In this document: in pieces, positions 29,574-38,738 of the stretch | Position numbering within the stretch: position 1 is the stretch's first letter | Layout of the letters: each line of letters starts with the position of its first letter | Source: an uncultured Lachnospiraceae bacterium | GTDB taxonomy: Bacteria > Bacillota > Clostridia > Lachnospirales > Lachnospiraceae | Assembly (NCBI GenBank): GCA_947564645.1 | Contig: CANOCU010000003.1 | Coordinates: 3,934-67,933 of the forward strand | DNA length: 64,000 nt | Reading direction: 5' to 3' | Position numbers and translations under genes: made by a program | The notes under the pieces: generated by a model | What the model saw: the letters and a program-made list of their open reading frames with translations, nothing else | Database searches by the model: none | What the model was told of the DNA's origin: nothing

Positions 29574-31046
29574 ATGATCATACTGGTAATTCTAATTCCC
29601 ATACTTGCAGGCGCGCTGGTGCCGATACTCTCTTTTAAAAAGCGGTGGCATATGGAAGCCTTTCTGGAATGCGCAGTCATCCTGAACAGCATCCTGGTCT
29701 GGTATCTGTTGCTTCACCACTCGGACAGTACCTTCCTGCTGGCGCATTTTACAGGCGATCTGTCCGTCTGCTTCAAGGTGGACGGCATGGGTATGGTCTT
29801 CGCCGGACTCGTCTCCGCGCTGTGGCCTTTCGCCACCCTGTATGCCTTTGAATATATGACGAAAGAGGAGCATGAGAAGATCTTCTTCCTCTTCTACACC
29901 ATGACGTACGGCATTACCCTCGGTATCGCGCTGTCCGCCAATCTGCTGACCATGTATTTCTTCTACGAACTGCTGACGCTGGTGACGGTGCCGCTTGTCA
30001 TGCATACGCTGACCAGAGAGGCGATCCTGGCGAGCCGGAAATACCTGTACTATTCGCTGGGCGGCGCTGCTTTTGCCTTCATCGGACTGATCATGATCAT
30101 CATCTACGGCACCACCACCGATTTTATCCTCGGCGGCGTGCTCGACCTTTCCAGGATCGGGGAACGCACCAACATCCTGCTGTTCGTCTATGTGATGGCT
30201 TTTATGGGCTTCGGCGTCAAGGCTGCCGTGTGCCCTTTTAACGCCTGGCTGCCGCAGGCGGGTGTGGCGCCCACTCCGGTGACGGCGCTTCTGCACGCCG
30301 TGGCCGTGGTCAAATCCGGCGCCTTCGCGATCATCCGCCTGACCTATTACAGCTTCGGTGTGGACTTCTTAAAAGGCACCTGGGCGCAGACCACCGTCAT
30401 GCTGGTGGTCATGTTCACCATCGTGTACGGCTGCAGCCGCGCCGTCAAGGAGACGCATCTGAAACGGCGTCTGGCCTACTCCACCATCAGCAACCTGTCC
30501 TACATCCTGTTCGGCGTCACGATCATGACTCCTGCCGGACTGGTGGGGGCGCTGACCCACCTGATCTTCCACGCGGTGATCAAGATCTGCTCCTTCTTCT
30601 GCGCGGGCGCCGTGATCCACCAGACGGGGAAGCAGTATGTCCACGAACTGGACGGCATGGGGTACAGGATGCCCCGCGTCTTCGGCATCTTCACCGTATC
30701 TGCGCTGGCGCTGATGGGCGTGCCTGGCCTGGCCGGCTTTATCAGCAAGTGGAATCTGGCTTCTGCAGCCGTGGAAAGCGGCAATCCGGTTGCTTATTTC
30801 GGGATCGCCTGCCTGCTTGTCTCCGCCCTGTTGACCGCCATCTATATGCTGACCATCGTCGTGAGGGCCTTTTTCCCGGGAAAAGACTTTGACGCTTCCC
30901 GGATCAGGGAGGTACAGGATCCTAATTGGAAAATGCTTCTGCCGTTATTTGTGTTTGTATTCTTTATTGTCGCATTCGGACTGTATTCCCAGCCGCTCAC
31001 GGATTTCTTCCGCGATGTGGCGGCAGGGTTGTATACTTTTCAATAG
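29574..31046 (+). CDS. MrpD-like proton-conducting subunit 3
   Basis: YFFYEL, KAAVCPFNAWLP, KRRLAYST, GFISKWNL. Confidence 0.88.
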   Translation: MIILVILIPILAGALVPILSFKKRWHMEAFLECAVILNSILVWYLLLHHSDSTFLLAHFTGDLSVCFKVDGMGMVFAGLVSALWPFATLYAFEYMTKEEHEKIFFLFYTMTYGITLGIALSANLLTMYFFYELLTLVTVPLVMHTLTREAILASRKYLYYSLGGAAFAFIGLIMIIIYGTTTDFILGGVLDLSRIGERTNILLFVYVMAFMGFGVKAAVCPFNAWLPQAGVAPTPVTALLHAVAVVKSGAFAIIRLTYYSFGVDFLKGTWAQTTVMLVVMFTIVYGCSRAVKETHLKRRLAYSTISNLSYILFGVTIMTPAGLVGALTHLIFHAVIKICSFFCAGAVIHQTGKQYVHELDGMGYRMPRVFGIFTVSALALMGVPGLAGFISKWNLASAAVESGNPVAYFGIACLLVSALLTAIYMLTIVVRAFFPGKDFDASRIREVQDPNWKMLLPLFVFVFFIVAFGLYSQPLTDFFRDVAAGLYTFQ

Positions 31047-31066
31047 CGCATATGGGGAGGGTAATT

Positions 31067-33397
31067 ATGAATCCATCGATCAATCTGCTTCTATATACCG
31101 CCGTCTTCGGTCCCATGGCCGCCGGCATCCTAAGCTACGTGCTGGGCCGGTTCCAAAAGGACCTGCGCAGCCGGTTCGCCGGTCTGGCAACAGGCTTAAC
31201 CTTCGCCCTTTTCCTGTATCTGCTCCGGCAGATGCTGCCAGGGCAGAGTGTTATTGCGGGAACTTCGCTGCAGGCGGCTGTTCCCGGAATCTGCGGGATG
31301 GAACTTCATTTTACACTGGACGGGTTCCGGGCTTTGTACGGCACGATCGCCGCCTTTATGTGGTTTATGAGCACCCTTTTTTCAAAGGAATATTTAGAGC
31401 ATTATCGTAACCGCAACCGCTACTATCTGTTCCTGCTGATCACCCTCGGCGCAACGGAAGGGGTGTTCCTCTCCGCCGATTTCTATACGACTTTCATCTT
31501 CTTCGAGATCATGTCCTTCACCTCCTATGTGTGGGTGGCGCACGATGAGAAAAAGGAGTCCCTGCGCGCTGCCGCCACCTACCTCGCCGTGGCAGTGATC
31601 GGCGGGCTGGTGATGCTGATGGGTATCTTCCTGCTCTATGATGTGACGGGAACGCTGTTCTTCGACGAATTGACGGATGCTTTTCGGTGTTACAGTGCCC
31701 AGGCAGATCACACGCAAGAATCCGCCGCCCAATTCTTCACCGGCACGGTGGATTCCTCCTCTGCCGCCTTACAGCTGTGGATCGCGGGGCTCTGTCTGCT
31801 GTTCGGCTTTGGCGCCAAGGCCGGGGCTTTTCCCCTTCATATCTGGCTGCCCAAGGCTCATCCGGTGGCACCCGCTCCGGCTTCCGCCCTGCTCTCCGGC
31901 ATCCTGACCAAGGCAGGCATGTACGGCATCCTAATCCTGACCGCGTATCTTTTCCTCGGCAATACGGCCTGGGGCGGCCTGATCCTGCTGCTTGGCGTCT
32001 GCACGATGGTCGTGGGCGCGATACTGGCGCTTTTCTCGATCGATTTGAAAAGAACGCTGGCATGTTCCTCCGTCTCCCAGATCGGCTTCATCCTGGTAGG
32101 CGTCGGCATGTCCGGCCTGATGGGCGCAGCGAATCTGATCGCCGTGCGCGGCAGCCTGCTTCACATGGTCAATCACTCCCTGATCAAGCTGACGCTTTTC
32201 ATGGCCGCGGGCGTGATCTTTATGAACGTGCATACCCTGGATCTAAACGCCCTGCGCGGCTTCGGCCGTAAGAAGCCTCTGCTTCACTTCATTTTCCTGA
32301 TGGGTGCATTGGGGATCGGAGGCGTGCCGTTTTGGAACGGTTATATCAGTAAGACGCTGCTCCATGAGAGTATCGTGGAATATACGAAGATGGTCACAGA
32401 CGGATCCGTCGCTGCCGTGATCGGTGGAGCCGGCGTGGATGGCGTTTCTGCGCTGTCCGTTGCATCCGGCACGAATGGCGTTTCTGCGCTGTCCGGCGCT
32501 GGCGCAGTGTTTGGTGTCGGTGCCCTGAAAGGGATCGAATGGGCCTTCCTCATCAGCGGCGGACTGACCGTCGCTTATATGACAAAACTGTATGTGGCGC
32601 TCTTTATCGAGAAAAATGCGGACGCGGCCGTGCAGGCAAAATACGATGCCTTAAAGGGAACCTATATGAATAAAGTGAGCGCCGCCGCGTTGACGCTCAG
32701 CGCTGCCCTGCTGCCGCTGATGGGATTCTTCCCTTACGCCGTCATGGACAGACTGGCCGGCATGGGGCAGGGATTCATGAACGTGGAGGAAACGGAAGCT
32801 GCCGTCTCCTATTTCTCGATGACGAACTTACAGGGCGCCGCGATCTCACTCGCGATCGGCGCCGCAGTCTATGGGATCGTAGTCCGGCTGTGGATGATGC
32901 GTCCTGACAGGAATGCCGAAAGCACGAAAGCGCTTACGGCAGGCAGTCGCGGCCAAAAGCCGTGCCGAGAATATGTGAACCGCTGGAACAGCTATCTGGA
33001 CCTGGAAGACCGTCTCTACCGGCCGCTTCTGCTGCAGGTACTGCCCTTCGTGTTCGGCGTGATCTGCCGCGTATTGGACAGTCTTGTGGATACCGTAGTC
33101 GTCCTGCTGCGCAGGACCGTCTACCGGGACAGCAAGCTGCCGCAGGAACTGCCGGAAGGGACCGCCCTTACCCATATGTGCGCCTGCGCTGCCTCCTTCT
33201 TCCAGAATATCGCGAACCTGACTTACCGCCGGAAACGGCCTGCCCATGTGGATTATGACCATAAGTTCGCCATGATCTACGAAGAATGGTCGGAAAACAG
33301 CACGATGATCGCGCGGAGTATGTCCTTCGGACTGCTGCTGTTCTGTGTCGGGCTGATCTTTATGATCGCGTATCTGTTTGTGATGGATATCTTCTAA
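31067..33397 (+). CDS. MrpD/complex I subunit 5-like subunit 4 with extended C-terminus
   Basis: FIFFEI, KAGAFPLHIWLPKAHP, KRTLACSS, GYISK. Start refined to MNPSIN after GGGAGG. Confidence 0.85.
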   Translation: MNPSINLLLYTAVFGPMAAGILSYVLGRFQKDLRSRFAGLATGLTFALFLYLLRQMLPGQSVIAGTSLQAAVPGICGMELHFTLDGFRALYGTIAAFMWFMSTLFSKEYLEHYRNRNRYYLFLLITLGATEGVFLSADFYTTFIFFEIMSFTSYVWVAHDEKKESLRAAATYLAVAVIGGLVMLMGIFLLYDVTGTLFFDELTDAFRCYSAQADHTQESAAQFFTGTVDSSSAALQLWIAGLCLLFGFGAKAGAFPLHIWLPKAHPVAPAPASALLSGILTKAGMYGILILTAYLFLGNTAWGGLILLLGVCTMVVGAILALFSIDLKRTLACSSVSQIGFILVGVGMSGLMGAANLIAVRGSLLHMVNHSLIKLTLFMAAGVIFMNVHTLDLNALRGFGRKKPLLHFIFLMGALGIGGVPFWNGYISKTLLHESIVEYTKMVTDGSVAAVIGGAGVDGVSALSVASGTNGVSALSGAGAVFGVGALKGIEWAFLISGGLTVAYMTKLYVALFIEKNADAAVQAKYDALKGTYMNKVSAAALTLSAALLPLMGFFPYAVMDRLAGMGQGFMNVEETEAAVSYFSMTNLQGAAISLAIGAAVYGIVVRLWMMRPDRNAESTKALTAGSRGQKPCREYVNRWNSYLDLEDRLYRPLLLQVLPFVFGVICRVLDSLVDTVVVLLRRTVYRDSKLPQELPEGTALTHMCACAASFFQNIANLTYRRKRPAHVDYDHKFAMIYEEWSENSTMIARSMSFGLLLFCVGLIFMIAYLFVMDIF
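32439..32495 (+). repeat. 21-bp direct repeat with 36-bp period in a loop of the fourth MrpD-like gene
   Basis: ATGGCGTTTCTGCGCTGTCCG at 32439 and 32475 (GVSALS twice). Confidence 0.85.
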
Positions 33398-33456
33398 AAA
33401 CACTGCAGGAAACAAAGAAACTGCAAGACTTGGGCAATGCCAGACCGGGCGGCTGT

Positions 33457-34557
33457 TCACGTAAAGAACAGCCGCCCGGTATTTTCGGAAAGACATACGT
33501 TCTCCGGGATATGGCCTCTGCTGACATGCCGGATCATCCGTTCCACTTCCGGGATCATATTGACCGGCCGAACGGTAACCTGGGGATGTTCTCGTGTAAA
33601 CACCCGGAATATCTCATCCGCAAATCCCTGTCCCATCAATTCAACTCTGCTGAAATCCAAAACTACCTCCTTAAATTCATCCAGCCGGTTGCAGATCCGC
33701 CTGGCCTGTGACCGCGCTACCGGTTCTCCTGACAGACATGCCTCCTTCACCGGTATCCTCGTGCGTATAAATCCCTCATCTATATCCGTATACATGTCAA
33801 ACACCTCCGAAAGCTTCCTGGATGTTTCATTTTCCAGTGTCATCATGACCAGCGTGCCGATATCCTGCAGTCGGGAAACATATGCCAACAGCCGGTGCTC
33901 TATGACTTTCATATCCTGCCCGTATCCGAATTTATAAATTCTCGCGTCTGACCAGATCCCAAATTCTGACATTACCTTCGATGAAAAAAAGATACCTTCA
34001 CCGGAATGTCTGCTCCTGTCACTTGTAATCTTTCCTTTATACAACTCAATCAATGCATCTCCGTAATCAGGGGTATCCCATCCGTTCTCCTCCATATATT
34101 CTAATAAAGTCTGAAAGATTCCTACCCCGTTATCTGCGATCACAACGCTGCTGTTCAGCGCATTCGTCCTTACAATAATACGTATTCTGTCACCCCTTGC
34201 ATGTTCGATCGCGTTATTTAATATTTCGGCGCAGGCATATTGCCAGATTCTCCTCGCGTTCTCATTGCAGCCGCTCAGTTCCTTCTCTATATGCAGCGCA
34301 TATAAGCGATCCTCTTCCAGCCTGTTCCTTTTTAAATCTATCTGCTCTTCCTTTACATGCTCTATCAGTCGATATTGACAGTCTGCCTTCACGTCTTTCA
34401 TGATCGCTTTACATTCGATTGCTTTATCTATAAATTCCCCTACAGACTCCGGCGATATATCGAAATTATCCATCGTTTTGTCAATAAAGTCTCTATCGTT
34501 TACTGCAATCTTGCTGAGAATGTATTTCCTGATCTCTTCTCTCTTCCTATGATCCAA
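33457..34557 (-). CDS. HATPase_c + DUF4325 (STAS-like) protein
   Basis: EILNNAIEHA, DNGVGIF, GEGIFFS; C-terminal SRSQARRI...VVLDFSRVELMGQGFADEIFR. Confidence 0.75.
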   Translation of the reverse strand: MDHRKREEIRKYILSKIAVNDRDFIDKTMDNFDISPESVGEFIDKAIECKAIMKDVKADCQYRLIEHVKEEQIDLKRNRLEEDRLYALHIEKELSGCNENARRIWQYACAEILNNAIEHARGDRIRIIVRTNALNSSVVIADNGVGIFQTLLEYMEENGWDTPDYGDALIELYKGKITSDRSRHSGEGIFFSSKVMSEFGIWSDARIYKFGYGQDMKVIEHRLLAYVSRLQDIGTLVMMTLENETSRKLSEVFDMYTDIDEGFIRTRIPVKEACLSGEPVARSQARRICNRLDEFKEVVLDFSRVELMGQGFADEIFRVFTREHPQVTVRPVNMIPEVERMIRHVSRGHIPENVCLSENTGRLFFT

Positions 34558-34673
34558 AGACAGGATACCTCCTTTCTGCGCCTGCTACGTATCCTGCAGT
34601 TCTGCCTGATTTACTTTATTGAGAGAAGTATATCATATGCCAACTCTATACACAATACATTTTGCAGATATAT

Positions 34674-37600
34674 TTAAACGTTTTTTCGTGTTTTGTCGTT
34701 TTGCTCTTTTCTGTCTTTTTTCCGTTTGTTAGATTTTCTGACACACAATACAAGGACAACTACCACGACAAGAGCTGCCGGTATTCCGTAAAGCAGATAC
34801 TCCTTCAGCCGGCTGTCCTGTATACAGACTGCAATTTCCGCCTCCGTATCCTCCACCGTAAAAAGATGATAGATACCCATAAGCTTCGTATCCGCCTGCT
34901 GCCACGTCCCGTTGCGCTTCACGTAAAGCGCAACGCCTTCCGTCTGCCCCAAAGGCGCCTGGTAGCGCAGCTGATGCTGCTCACTCTCGTCTTCCGGGAT
35001 CGTGATCTGCCAGTGCTCTGTCACATTCTTAAGCGGAATAGCCGTATCATCAATGCCTGTCTCTACATTCGCATCGCCATCCTGCGCAATATCCCCGCCA
35101 TCCACGAGAAACTCTGCTTCCTGCTTAAACATACCGTCCACAAGCAGTACCGACTGCCCGTTCTCGCGAGTCTGTGCAGATGCCAGCGTCGTCAGGTAGC
35201 GCACATACTCCGCCGTCACGTCTTCATCATATAAGATCCCCGGAATCTCCCTGATATCCCAGTCCGCATAGAACCCTTCCCTGGCCGGAATGTCCGGATA
35301 CAGTTTCGACGATACATCGCTCTTATAAGGGCACTGCAGCCGTTTGACCTCTTCCTCATCGGCATAGAAGACTACCGACATCATCCGGAACCGTCCCGGC
35401 AAACCCTCTGTCTCCAACAACTCTTCATAACTGACCGGCTCCGCCTTGCCGCTGTAGCTGATGCGGTCGATCCCCGCGATCTCATCCGACACGAAATAAT
35501 TGCCCGTTAAAGTGCCGCTGCTGTCCACGTCTCCCGCAATCGCCCCGTAAAAGGCCGACGCATCCTGCACACGCACCATGGCACAGCAATGCTCCATACC
35601 GGAGCCGGAGCCAGCAATCCCCGCTACGTATTCTTCCCCGGAGACGGTACACTTGGCATATCCGTTCGTGATATTAGACAGCGACTGTCCCGCAATGCCG
35701 CCCACATAATTACCGGCTATGCTGTCGATCCTGCCGTAATTCTCGCAACGCAGGATCGTACCCATCTCCTGTAAGCCTGCGATACCGCCGGCATAACTTT
35801 TCTGTGCCGTTACATTGCCGTCATTGATATTGTGTCTGAGCACACATTTGGTCAGAAACGTGGAATTCAGCCGGGCATTCTCAATCCCCGTCACGTCGCC
35901 TTCCAGGTCAAAATCATATTCGATCGCCATCGTGCCCGCGATGCCGGACACATTCAGATCGCCCCGCACCGTTCCTGCATTGGTGCAGTCCGCGATCGTC
36001 GCATCGGTACTGCTCTCGGCATCCTCCTGAGAATTGTCCTCATAGACCGTAGAGTAATCCATATCCAGTACGCCGTCGATGGCATCCGTATACAGCCGCA
36101 TGATCATACTGAACTGATCATTGATCTTAGACAGATCCGCCAGCATCACGTCGTTTGTAGAGGACATTTCTTCATTCAGATGACCCATATTTTCGGAAAG
36201 TCCCTGTAAGTTTGCATTCAGGCTGCCTACCCGGGAGCGGTAATCACTCCCCAGCTGAGGCATCTGCAGATCCGGCATTCCGTTTACGGTGTCAAAAAGA
36301 CTCTTCACCTCACCGCCCGCCGATTCCAGATTTCCCATGGCTTCTTCCACAGACCCGACCGCACTCTGCAGTCTGGCCCGGGCCTCCTCCGACATCTTCT
36401 CCCCGGCTGTCAGCACAATAGAAGACATCGTCTGCAGGTAATCCCGCATATCCTGCTCATAACCGGGCGATGCAGGGTGCGCCGCCATATATTTTTCATC
36501 GGCATAGCTTCTTACGTCCGTCTCGATCCTGGCCGCATTGACCGGATCCGACATTTCTTTCGCCACGTCGCTTAACAGCTGTCTGTCCAGTTCCCCCTGT
36601 TCTCCGTCGTTCTGTGGAAAAGGCGTGGTCGTCTCCAGTCCGTTTGCGTCTTTACTGTAGTGCACCCAGCCGTTCATGCCTATGTAGTTCCTATAATCGC
36701 CCTTATTGGCATCCCAGGTCCAGTCTGCCCGGACAACATCGTTGAAAAGAGGCCGCAGATCTTTCTCACTTACACTTCTGCTATCCGCCGGGTTGGAACT
36801 GCCGAAAGTATCCGAGCTGTCTGATGAGCCTGTGCTGTCTGCATTCTTATCGCCGTTGTCACCGTCTATGCCCTCTTCGTCAGTGACGTTATCCGTGCTA
36901 TCACTCTCTGTACCGCTTCCTGTGCTGTCATTCCCGTCACTTCCTGCTCCGTCTCCGGTCATTCCTCCCTTGTCACCATTCCCACTACTTCCCGCGCCCG
37001 CATTATTATTCGCAATCCCGTAATCGGCGCCGTCCGGATCAGCGGCCGTCTCGTCCCTGCCATGCTCTGCACCTTCGATGCCTGTATTCACATACAGAGA
37101 AAATGCCGTACTGCGCGTATAATTCCCGTTCTCAGACCGCACCTTATCAATATAGTAATTCCGGTATGCTTCCAGAGCCTCGGCATAATCCTCCGCATAC
37201 TGCCGCGACGCGTTCTCCATCCACGCTCTGGCTTCCTCGTAACGCGCTTTTTCCTCCTCGGTCATATACTGGTAGATGTCTAGCGCTTCCACCGTATTCC
37301 CCAGCTGCGCAGCCGCGTCTCTCACATTGCCTGCCGCGTTTCTCGTCTGGTCGATAAAGCCGCCGTTCCTGCCGGTCTCATCCATGATATAGTCCACCCG
37401 GCCCATCAGATCGTTGGCAGAACTGACCATACCGTCAGTCCACTCCACCGTCCTGTCCGCCAGAAACCCGGTGTCATTTAAAGCTTTATCCACAAAGTCC
37501 CGGATCACCGTCAGCCTGGCAGAAACCGTATCGGACTCCGTGCCCGCATCGTTAAGCATCTCCCCCGTCAGATCATGCAGCTTATCAATATTTTCTGACA

Positions 37601-38738
37601 GCTGGTATGCGATATCCTCCGAGAGATCCACCGCGATATACGGTTCCGTCTGCCCGGCGATGCCGCCCACATCCTTCCGGCCATATACCGTGCCGTTATT
37701 TTCACAGGCATATACATAGCCGGACTGCCGTCCCACGATACCACCCGTGTTGTAGCCCACATGTTCATAGCCGACGGTGCCGCTGTTGCTGCAGTACTGT
37801 ATGATCCCGGTTGAAAGCCCGGCAATGCCGCCGGAATCAATGGTATTGTTGATCGCCGAAGCTTTATCCGGTTTCCCGTCGCTGCTCTCCGTCTCCAGAA
37901 GGCCCGACGCATACTGCTCCAGATTGATATCTTCCAGAGACCTGGCCTTGTCTTCATTGGAAACGTTCACATCCGCTTTATTGACACAGCCGGCGATATT
38001 TCCCGTATTTTCACCGACAATGCCGCCTGTATAGTGAGCGCCCCTGACCGTGCCGTCAGCCGTACAGTCGATCAGGATCCCGCTCTGTTCGTTAAAGCCC
38101 GTGATGCCGCCCACATAATCGCTGCCCTCCACCACGCCTTTATAGTCGCAGCTTATGATGATACCGCTGTTATCTCCCACAATACCGCCCACTACCATGG
38201 ACTTGCCAGAAGGGCTCACATTGCCCTGCACCTTAAGATTGGCGATCACGGCAGACTGCTGGGTATAGCAGAACAGCCCTGTATAAGACAGGGAATCCCT
38301 GACCACCAGGCCGCTGACCGTATGCCCCTGACCGTCAAAATACCCGCCGAACGTCGGAATCGACACGAAATCACTGCCCGAAAGATCGATGTCCTTTGTC
38401 AGATAGACCTTCTTGTTGATCGACCAGGTATCCAGCCAGCAGTCGCGGGAGAACTGCTTCATGTCCTCTGCGGAGTCCAGATAGATCTCCTCCCACTCCG
38501 TGTCCTCGTCATCATAGTCGGCTATGGTATGGTTGGCCTCCTCCACCGTCGTGATCTCCTCAGCCTGCTCCCCTGCAGGTTCCTGTGCCGGATCCTCCTG
38601 CTCCCCTTTTCCTGCTGCCTTATCCGGAGTCACTTCCCCGGCTGTCACACTCATCGCCGGCATCACTGCCAGTATCCCTGCCAAAACAAGGGAAATCACT
38701 CTCTTACCACATATCTTTATCCGTATCTGCTTACGCAT
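34674..38738 (-). CDS. Large surface or membrane protein with GLUG-type repeats
   Basis: Signal peptide, repeated YVGGI(A/V)G.N motifs at both ends, central helical and acidic low-complexity region, C-terminal TM plus basic tail. Confidence 0.75.
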   Translation of the reverse strand: MRKQIRIKICGKRVISLVLAGILAVMPAMSVTAGEVTPDKAAGKGEQEDPAQEPAGEQAEEITTVEEANHTIADYDDEDTEWEEIYLDSAEDMKQFSRDCWLDTWSINKKVYLTKDIDLSGSDFVSIPTFGGYFDGQGHTVSGLVVRDSLSYTGLFCYTQQSAVIANLKVQGNVSPSGKSMVVGGIVGDNSGIIISCDYKGVVEGSDYVGGITGFNEQSGILIDCTADGTVRGAHYTGGIVGENTGNIAGCVNKADVNVSNEDKARSLEDINLEQYASGLLETESSDGKPDKASAINNTIDSGGIAGLSTGIIQYCSNSGTVGYEHVGYNTGGIVGRQSGYVYACENNGTVYGRKDVGGIAGQTEPYIAVDLSEDIAYQLSENIDKLHDLTGEMLNDAGTESDTVSARLTVIRDFVDKALNDTGFLADRTVEWTDGMVSSANDLMGRVDYIMDETGRNGGFIDQTRNAAGNVRDAAAQLGNTVEALDIYQYMTEEEKARYEEARAWMENASRQYAEDYAEALEAYRNYYIDKVRSENGNYTRSTAFSLYVNTGIEGAEHGRDETAADPDGADYGIANNNAGAGSSGNGDKGGMTGDGAGSDGNDSTGSGTESDSTDNVTDEEGIDGDNGDKNADSTGSSDSSDTFGSSNPADSRSVSEKDLRPLFNDVVRADWTWDANKGDYRNYIGMNGWVHYSKDANGLETTTPFPQNDGEQGELDRQLLSDVAKEMSDPVNAARIETDVRSYADEKYMAAHPASPGYEQDMRDYLQTMSSIVLTAGEKMSEEARARLQSAVGSVEEAMGNLESAGGEVKSLFDTVNGMPDLQMPQLGSDYRSRVGSLNANLQGLSENMGHLNEEMSSTNDVMLADLSKINDQFSMIMRLYTDAIDGVLDMDYSTVYEDNSQEDAESSTDATIADCTNAGTVRGDLNVSGIAGTMAIEYDFDLEGDVTGIENARLNSTFLTKCVLRHNINDGNVTAQKSYAGGIAGLQEMGTILRCENYGRIDSIAGNYVGGIAGQSLSNITNGYAKCTVSGEEYVAGIAGSGSGMEHCCAMVRVQDASAFYGAIAGDVDSSGTLTGNYFVSDEIAGIDRISYSGKAEPVSYEELLETEGLPGRFRMMSVVFYADEEEVKRLQCPYKSDVSSKLYPDIPAREGFYADWDIREIPGILYDEDVTAEYVRYLTTLASAQTRENGQSVLLVDGMFKQEAEFLVDGGDIAQDGDANVETGIDDTAIPLKNVTEHWQITIPEDESEQHQLRYQAPLGQTEGVALYVKRNGTWQQADTKLMGIYHLFTVEDTEAEIAVCIQDSRLKEYLLYGIPAALVVVVVLVLCVRKSNKRKKDRKEQNDKTRKNV

